Sequence record: SRR22947725_558
DNA length: 46,542 nt
Strand: one strand, 5' to 3'
Numbering within the stretch: the first letter of the stretch is position 1; every line of letters starts with the position of its first letter. Of this stretch, positions 40,881 to 46,542 are shown piece after piece. Position numbers and translations under genes: made by a program. The notes beneath the pieces are model-generated. The model searched no databases, was not told where the DNA came from, and was given only the letters and a program-made list of their open reading frames with translations.

Positions 40881-42236
40881 TCATCGTCTCTGTGGTTTTG
40901 GTTTTGTTCTTTTTTTACCTCTTAGCTGTGACTTCTCAATTAAGCCCTCATACTGGTGCGCTAAAAGGTGACTTTGAACTTGTTGAATTGTATCCATAGT
41001 GACAGACACAACAATTAAAACCGATGTCCCGCCAAAATAAAATGGTATGGCAAGTTGTGATCTTAATATTTCAGGGAGCAAACAGACAGCTGCAAGATAA
41101 GCTGCTCCTAAAACTAAAATACGGTTAACAACATATTCAAGGTACTCAGCTGTTCTTTTTCCAGGTCGAATCCCAGGGACGAAACCATTTTGGCTCTTAA
41201 GATTTTCAGCAACCTCTTCAGGTTTAAATGAAACATTAAAGGTATAAAAGTAAGCGAAAAAGACTATCATCACAGTAAAGAACAGAAGATAAAGAGGTTG
41301 ACCAGGTCCAAAGTAAGCTAACACTGTTGACATAGCAGAACTAGTCTGAGTCCCTGAGAAAGTACTTAATGTAGTCGGCAAAAGAAGTAATGAGGAAGCA
41401 AAAATTGCTGGGATAACACCAGAGGGGTTAACTTTAACAGGTAAGTTTGATGCACCACCATCATATACTTTCATGCCTACCTGCCTTCTTGGGTACTGAA
41501 TATGAATTTTTCTCAAAGCTCGTTCCATAAATACCACGAAGGTAATCGTAGCTATAACAACTATAAATACCCCTATAATCACCACTGGGCTAATTGACCC
41601 AGACCTTCCTTGAGCAAAGAATTGTGCAATTGCAGCAGGGACTTCCGCAATAATTCCTACAAAAATAATTAAAGAAATTCCGTTTCCTATTCCTCTAGCT
41701 GTTATTTGTTCTCCGAGCCACATAAGAAACATCGTCCCACCAACAAGAGTGATTATGCAGGTTATTCTAAAAAACCAACCTGGATCAGTGACTAAACCTG
41801 ATCCTTCCAAACCTACTGACAACCCATATGCTTGAAGTGTTGCTAAGAATACCGTTCCCAAACGAGTATATTGATTTATCTTTCGACGCCCAGGTTCACC
41901 CTCTTTTTTTAGTTGCTCCATGTAAGGCACCATTGCGGTCATAAGTTGAACAATAATGGATGCAGAGATATAAGGCATTATCCCCAGAGCAAATAAACCC
42001 ATCCTACCAATCGCACCACCAGTGAACATGTTAAGCATCCCACCAATACCTGATGCAGCTTGCTCAACAAAAGACTTAAGAGCTTCTGAGTCAATTCCGG
42101 GAACAGGTATATAGGTCCCAAGGCGGTAAACTATAAGCAGGCCTATTGCAAAAAGTATTCTTTGTCTAAGCTCAGTCGCCTTGCCAAAAGCTGACCAACT
42201 CATGTTCTGCGCCATTTGTTCTGCTGCGGATGCCAT
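40881..42236 (-). CDS. secY: Preprotein translocase subunit SecY
   Basis: ALGIMPYISASII, WLGEQIT, GFVPGIRPG. Confidence 0.98.
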   Translation of the reverse strand: MASAAEQMAQNMSWSAFGKATELRQRILFAIGLLIVYRLGTYIPVPGIDSEALKSFVEQAASGIGGMLNMFTGGAIGRMGLFALGIMPYISASIIVQLMTAMVPYMEQLKKEGEPGRRKINQYTRLGTVFLATLQAYGLSVGLEGSGLVTDPGWFFRITCIITLVGGTMFLMWLGEQITARGIGNGISLIIFVGIIAEVPAAIAQFFAQGRSGSISPVVIIGVFIVVIATITFVVFMERALRKIHIQYPRRQVGMKVYDGGASNLPVKVNPSGVIPAIFASSLLLLPTTLSTFSGTQTSSAMSTVLAYFGPGQPLYLLFFTVMIVFFAYFYTFNVSFKPEEVAENLKSQNGFVPGIRPGKRTAEYLEYVVNRILVLGAAYLAAVCLLPEILRSQLAIPFYFGGTSVLIVVSVTMDTIQQVQSHLLAHQYEGLIEKSQLRGKKRTKPKPQRR

Positions 42237-42343
42237 GGACTAAGACTTTCTTGTTTTTTCTACTAATAATAAAAAGACTATATTTCTGAATTTATGTCAA
42301 ATTTCAATTCTATATACTCAAAATTACCTTTGTTATTTTATTA

Positions 42344-42811
42344 CTATTTGCTAGAAGTAGAAGTTTTTAAAACTCCTCCTAATTTCTCAACTGCATCAAC
42401 TGCCGCTTTAGAGGCACCAGTCACTAAAATATTTAATTTTGATGTAGCAGTACCTTTTGCCAAGACCCTTACTCCATCAAGCTTACGACGTACTATTCCT
42501 GTTTCAAGTAATAAATCTTCATTGATTTCTTTAGAAGCGTCCAATTTTTTAGAATCAATAAACTTTTGAATAAGACCGAGGTTAATTACTGCGTAGCTTT
42601 TACGATTTGGTTTGTTGAACCCACGTTTAGGCAAACGCATATATAAAGGCATTTGTCCGCCTTCATAACCATTCAAGGCAACTCCTGACCTGGACTTTTG
42701 ACCTTTAATCCCCCTCCCAGCGGTTTTTCCTTTTCCTGATCCAGGACCACGCCCCACACGTTTTTTTTTCCGAGTTGCACCAGGATTATCATGGAGTTCG
42801 TTTAATCTCAT
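42344..42811 (-). CDS. rplO: 50S ribosomal protein L15
   Basis: [20 protein letters not shown]. Confidence 0.98.
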   Translation of the reverse strand: MRLNELHDNPGATRKKKRVGRGPGSGKGKTAGRGIKGQKSRSGVALNGYEGGQMPLYMRLPKRGFNKPNRKSYAVINLGLIQKFIDSKKLDASKEINEDLLLETGIVRRKLDGVRVLAKGTATSKLNILVTGASKAAVDAVEKLGGVLKTSTSSK

Positions 42812-42886
42812 TTTATTATCTCCTTTGCTGCCTTTGATATTCAGAATACCAATTATGAAAGTCAGCTGTATCTTTTAATCTTAAAA

Positions 42887-43078
42887 CTAACCTATCTCTT
42901 TAGTAATTTTTACTAAATGAGAAATAGAGTTAACCATGCCCCTCACTGAAGGAGTATCCTCAAGCTCTCTACTTTTATTCATCTTATTTAAACCTAAACC
43001 CACCAACGTAGCACGCTGTTTTCCAGGTCTGCGTATAGGTGAACCAGTCTGTTTGACTACAATTTTTTTTTCCATCAT
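42887..43078 (-). CDS. rpmD: 50S ribosomal protein L30
   Basis: [25 protein letters not shown]. Confidence 0.97.
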   Translation of the reverse strand: MMEKKIVVKQTGSPIRRPGKQRATLVGLGLNKMNKSRELEDTPSVRGMVNSISHLVKITKEIG

Positions 43079-43082
43079 GCCC

Positions 43083-43652
43083 TCACACTTCCGCCAGCGG
43101 TTCAGTCACTACAACTTTTGAAGACGTTTGAAGAATTTCAGAAACCTTCTTTCCTCTTCTCTGCGCAACCATTCGAGGACTTGACTCATCTCTAAGTCCA
43201 TCCATTGTAGCTCGCACCATATTATAGGGGTTTTGTGAACCTATTGACTTTGCCACTACATCTTGAACCCCCAGCATTTCAAAAACAGCACGCATTGGGC
43301 CTCCAGCGATAATTCCAGTACCTTGAGGTGCAGTCCTCATTACAACTTTTCCAGCACCATGTCTGCCATTTACATCATGGTGGAGCGTTCTGCCTTCCTT
43401 TAGTGGCACTCGTATCAACTGCCTTTTAGCTTCTTCTGTTGCTTTTCGGATTGCCTCGGGAACCTCTTTTGCTTTCCCTTTACCAAACCCAACACGTCCC
43501 TTCTGATCACCGACAACTACTAAAGCAGCAAACCCAAATCTTTTACCACCTTTAACAGTTTTTGATACCCTGTTGATCGCAACGAGACGATCCGAAAACT
43601 CCGGAGTTTCCTCGCGATCGCGACGGCCTCGATTTCCTGGTTCTTTTGCCAT
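43083..43652 (-). CDS. rpsE: 30S ribosomal protein S5
   Basis: [23 protein letters not shown]. Confidence 0.98.
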   Translation of the reverse strand: MAKEPGNRGRRDREETPEFSDRLVAINRVSKTVKGGKRFGFAALVVVGDQKGRVGFGKGKAKEVPEAIRKATEEAKRQLIRVPLKEGRTLHHDVNGRHGAGKVVMRTAPQGTGIIAGGPMRAVFEMLGVQDVVAKSIGSQNPYNMVRATMDGLRDESSPRMVAQRRGKKVSEILQTSSKVVVTEPLAEV

Positions 43653-43663
43653 CCATCTTCTCC

Positions 43664-44023
43664 TTAAATTTTTAATCCACCTTCACGAGCGGCTTCAGCT
43701 AATGCTTTAACCTTCCCATGAAACAAATATCCACCACGATCGAAATATGCTTCCTTTACGCCAGCTTTTTTTGCTCTCTCAGCAATTGCAACACCCACAG
43801 CAATAGCAACCTGAGTGTTGTTTTTACCAACTTCACCTAAGGAAACTTCCAATGAAGATGCTGAAGCTAATGTTTTTCCAGCAACGTCATCGATTAACTG
43901 AGCACTTATATTTTTGTTAGAACGGAATACAGAAAGTCTTGCACGTCCCACATTTACTTTTCTTAACTTATTTCGTACGCGTAAACGGCGTTTTAGAAAC
44001 AAATTCCTTTTACTATTGGCCAT
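43664..44023 (-). CDS. rplR: 50S ribosomal protein L18
   Basis: [23 protein letters not shown]. Confidence 0.98.
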   Translation of the reverse strand: MANSKRNLFLKRRLRVRNKLRKVNVGRARLSVFRSNKNISAQLIDDVAGKTLASASSLEVSLGEVGKNNTQVAIAVGVAIAERAKKAGVKEAYFDRGGYLFHGKVKALAEAAREGGLKI

Positions 44024-44035
44024 ATTCTGAGTTCC

Positions 44036-44569
44036 TTATTTCTTTTTACCGTCTTTACGGAAAATGTACTCATCTTTATATTTAATACCTTTCCCTTTAT
44101 AGGGCTCAGGTTTTTTCCAAGCTCTAATATTGGCAGCAACTTGACCTACCAACTGAGAATCAATTCCTTCAACAACTATCTCGGTTAACTTCGGTGCAGT
44201 AACATTCACGCCGTCCGGTATTTCAAAGTTCACGTCGTGAGAAAGCCCTAAATTAAGCTTTAAGACTTTGCCAGACACTTGCGCCCTGTAACCAACCCCA
44301 TTTATTTCAAGCTGTTTTCTAAAACCAGAGGAGACACCAGTGACTAAATTTGATACCATAGTTCTACTCATACCCCATTGTTGGCGTGCTCGCTTAGAAC
44401 TACCCCTTGGCTCTATCGCAACGGCGCGATCTGATATTTTTACAGTTACGTCATCTGTAGCCGTAAATGATAGCTCACCTTTTGGTCCCTTAACTAGTAT
44501 TGTTTGGCCGGACAAAGTTGCTGACACTCCTGTAGGAAGTTCCACCGGTTTTTTTCCAATTCGTGACAT
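44036..44569 (-). CDS. rplF: 50S ribosomal protein L6
   Basis: [16 protein letters not shown]. Confidence 0.98.
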   Translation of the reverse strand: MSRIGKKPVELPTGVSATLSGQTILVKGPKGELSFTATDDVTVKISDRAVAIEPRGSSKRARQQWGMSRTMVSNLVTGVSSGFRKQLEINGVGYRAQVSGKVLKLNLGLSHDVNFEIPDGVNVTAPKLTEIVVEGIDSQLVGQVAANIRAWKKPEPYKGKGIKYKDEYIFRKDGKKK

Positions 44570-44579
44570 TAAATTCTCC

Positions 44580-44972
44580 CTAGAAGACCGTACAAATTAT
44601 TTCACCACCAATATTATGAGAGCGCGCTGTTGCGTCAGACATAACTCCTTTAGGTGTACTCACAATGGATAACCCTAGGCCTTGGCGCACAGTAGGAATA
44701 TCTTTTGCTCCAACGTAAACACGTCGTCCTGGCTTAGAAACCCTATTGATTTCCCGAATTACGGGTACGCCATCATAATACTTTAAACTAATCTCAAGTG
44801 TTGGAAATCCGCTACTATCAGATTTTTTCTCATAACCCCTGATGTAACCTTCATCTCTCAAAACATCTAGAACCCAAGCTCTAAGCTTTGAGTCTGGCGA
44901 CATTACTATTGATTTTCCACGCATTTGAGAATTACGGATTCGTGTAAGCATATCTGCTATTGGATCATTCAT
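44580..44972 (-). CDS. rpsH: 30S ribosomal protein S8
   Basis: [20 protein letters not shown]. Confidence 0.98.
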   Translation of the reverse strand: MNDPIADMLTRIRNSQMRGKSIVMSPDSKLRAWVLDVLRDEGYIRGYEKKSDSSGFPTLEISLKYYDGVPVIREINRVSKPGRRVYVGAKDIPTVRQGLGLSIVSTPKGVMSDATARSHNIGGEIICTVF

Positions 44973-44984
44973 ACCTGCGTTCCC

Positions 44985-45290
44985 CTACCAACTCGACTTT
45001 ACCATACCTGGTATCTGTCCATTAGAACCAAGATCTCGTAGAGCAATTCTGCTAATCTTTAATTTACGATAATAAGCATGCGGCCTTCCTGTTATTTGGC
45101 AGCGGTTATGAAGCCTAGTCGCCGAACCATTCCTAGGAAGTTCTGCAAGTTTTAATCGTGCTGAAAACCGCTCCTCCATAGGTAGATCCCTATTATCCGC
45201 GATCGTCTTTAGTGCAAGTCTCTTGGAAGCATACTTCTTAACAAGCTTTGCCCTCTTTTTTTCTCTTTCAATCATTGCTTTCTTAGCCAT
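44985..45290 (-). CDS. rpsN: 30S ribosomal protein S14 (long, zinc-free form)
   Basis: 101 aa, [18 protein letters not shown]. Confidence 0.98.
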   Translation of the reverse strand: MAKKAMIEREKKRAKLVKKYASKRLALKTIADNRDLPMEERFSARLKLAELPRNGSATRLHNRCQITGRPHAYYRKLKISRIALRDLGSNGQIPGMVKSSW

Positions 45291-45311
45291 ATGTCTAGTC
45301 CTTCCAGCGGA

Positions 45312-45875
45312 TCAATTGTTGAAAGGCATGTTGAATTTCTTCAACAAGCTCTTTGCTTCTATATCTGTAGTGGCACTGGTACAAATGATTATGTCCAGCC
45401 CCCATATTTCATCTACTTTATCAAAATCTACTTCAGGGAAAACTATATGTTCCTTCATTCCCATTGCATAGTTGCCAGTACCATCAAACGATTTTGCAGA
45501 GACACCTCGAAAGTCCCTAATACGCGGCATAGCGACGGTAATTAACCTATCAAGGAACTCAAACATACGGTCACCCCGTAATGTAACTTTTGTTCCTAGA
45601 GGCATGTCTTCACGAACTCTGAAAGCTGCGATTGATTTTTTTGCAATAGTTGTAACGGCTAACTGACCGGCAATTGCCGTTAAATCTTTCTGGGCGGCTT
45701 TAGCCTTTTTTGTATCTCTAACCGCTTCTGCGCCACAACCAATATTCAACACAATTTTCTGTAAGCCAGGTATTTGCATATCGTTCTTGTAAGAGAACTC
45801 TTCTTTTAGAGATGCTCTTATCACACTATTATAAAGCTCTTTAAGCCTTGGGGTATAATTTTCTGAATCCAACAT
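45312..45875 (-). CDS. rplE: 50S ribosomal protein L5
   Basis: [21 protein letters not shown]. Confidence 0.98.
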   Translation of the reverse strand: MLDSENYTPRLKELYNSVIRASLKEEFSYKNDMQIPGLQKIVLNIGCGAEAVRDTKKAKAAQKDLTAIAGQLAVTTIAKKSIAAFRVREDMPLGTKVTLRGDRMFEFLDRLITVAMPRIRDFRGVSAKSFDGTGNYAMGMKEHIVFPEVDFDKVDEIWGLDIIICTSATTDIEAKSLLKKFNMPFNN

Positions 45876-46180
45876 CAGATCAAATCTCCTGTTGTCTTAG
45901 CAAAACGAGTTTTCTTTCCATCAGTAATTTTGAAACCGACCCGTGTAGCTTTTCCATTAGCATCCACCAACGAAAGGTTACTTATTTGAATCGGCATAGG
46001 TTGAGGTACTTTCCCACCCTGAGTGTTTTGACTTTGCTTAATATGCCTAATTGCAATGTTGACACCCTCAACGATTGCTTTTCCAGTACTTGGGTTTATC
46101 TTAGATATCTCACCCTCTTTGCCTTTATCTTTTCCAGCTAAAACGATAATTTTATCGCCTTTTTTTAACTTTGCAGCCAT
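45875..46180 (-). CDS. rplX: 50S ribosomal protein L24
   Basis: [19 protein letters not shown] motif. Confidence 0.98.
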   Translation of the reverse strand: MAAKLKKGDKIIVLAGKDKGKEGEISKINPSTGKAIVEGVNIAIRHIKQSQNTQGGKVPQPMPIQISNLSLVDANGKATRVGFKITDGKKTRFAKTTGDLI

Positions 46181-46181
46181 C

Positions 46182-46542
46182 TTACAAAACCTCCGGAGCC
46201 AAAGAAATTATCTTCATAAAGTTTTTTGCCCTTAACTCTCGAACAACTGGACCAAAAATACGCGTTCCTATTGGCTCATTAGCAGTATTTAAGATTACAG
46301 CAGCGTTTGTATCGAACCTAATAGCCGTACCGTCACCTCTTCTGACTTCCTTAGCAGTCCTAACAACCACGGCCTTACGGACATCGCCTTTTTTAACTCT
46401 TCCACGAGGAATGGCTTCTTTAACAGAGACTACTATTACGTCACCTACCGACGCGTACCGCCGTTTAGATCCGCCTAGTACTTTGATGCACTGAACTCGG
46501 CGTGCGCCGGAGTTGTCAGCTACATCCAGATTAGTTTGCATC
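46182..46542 (-). CDS. rplN: 50S ribosomal protein L14 (first codons lie outside the window)
   Basis: [23 protein letters not shown]. Confidence 0.98.
   Translation of the reverse strand, partial: MQTNLDVADNSGARRVQCIKVLGGSKRRYASVGDVIVVSVKEAIPRGRVKKGDVRKAVVVRTAKEVRRGDGTAIRFDTNAAVILNTANEPIGTRIFGPVVRELRAKNFMKIISLAPEVL

Overview
An AT-rich alphaproteobacterial chromosome segment. Protein sequences and gene order are Rhodobacteraceae/Roseobacter-like, and the short spacers and missing accessory genes suggest a streamlined lineage. It is almost entirely core genes: 5' part of ileS, truA, a TCA cluster (sdhB, lpdA, sucB, sucA, mdh, tauE-family gene, sdhCDA), an SGNH hydrolase, a GntR regulator (probably AkgR), an M48 peptidase, a TIGR02300 protein, tRNA-Ala and tRNA-Arg flanking a class III CoA-transferase/acyl-CoA dehydrogenase pair, rpmH-rnpA-yidD-ttcA-yidC-MOSC-engB-argB, an Fe-S protein, an M20 deacylase, an ALDH, the bzt/aap amino-acid ABC transporter, rarA-crcB-rluC-HAD-ATP12, and the spc/alpha ribosomal operons (rplN to rplQ). 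I saw no integrase, transposase, CRISPR array or defence system. The best observations: (1) a rewired TCA cluster, in which sucCD is missing between mdh and sucA while a GTGATCAC-N13-GTGATCAC operator remains there, the same palindrome sits in front of the GntR gene, and sdhB has moved from sdhCDA to the tail of the suc operon; (2) a probable leaderless 15-codon branched-chain-rich uORF with hairpins upstream of ileS; (3) a tRNA-bounded CoA-transferase/ACAD cassette; (4) structured leaders before rpsM, rpoA and rplQ. All calls come from reading the sequence; no searches were run.
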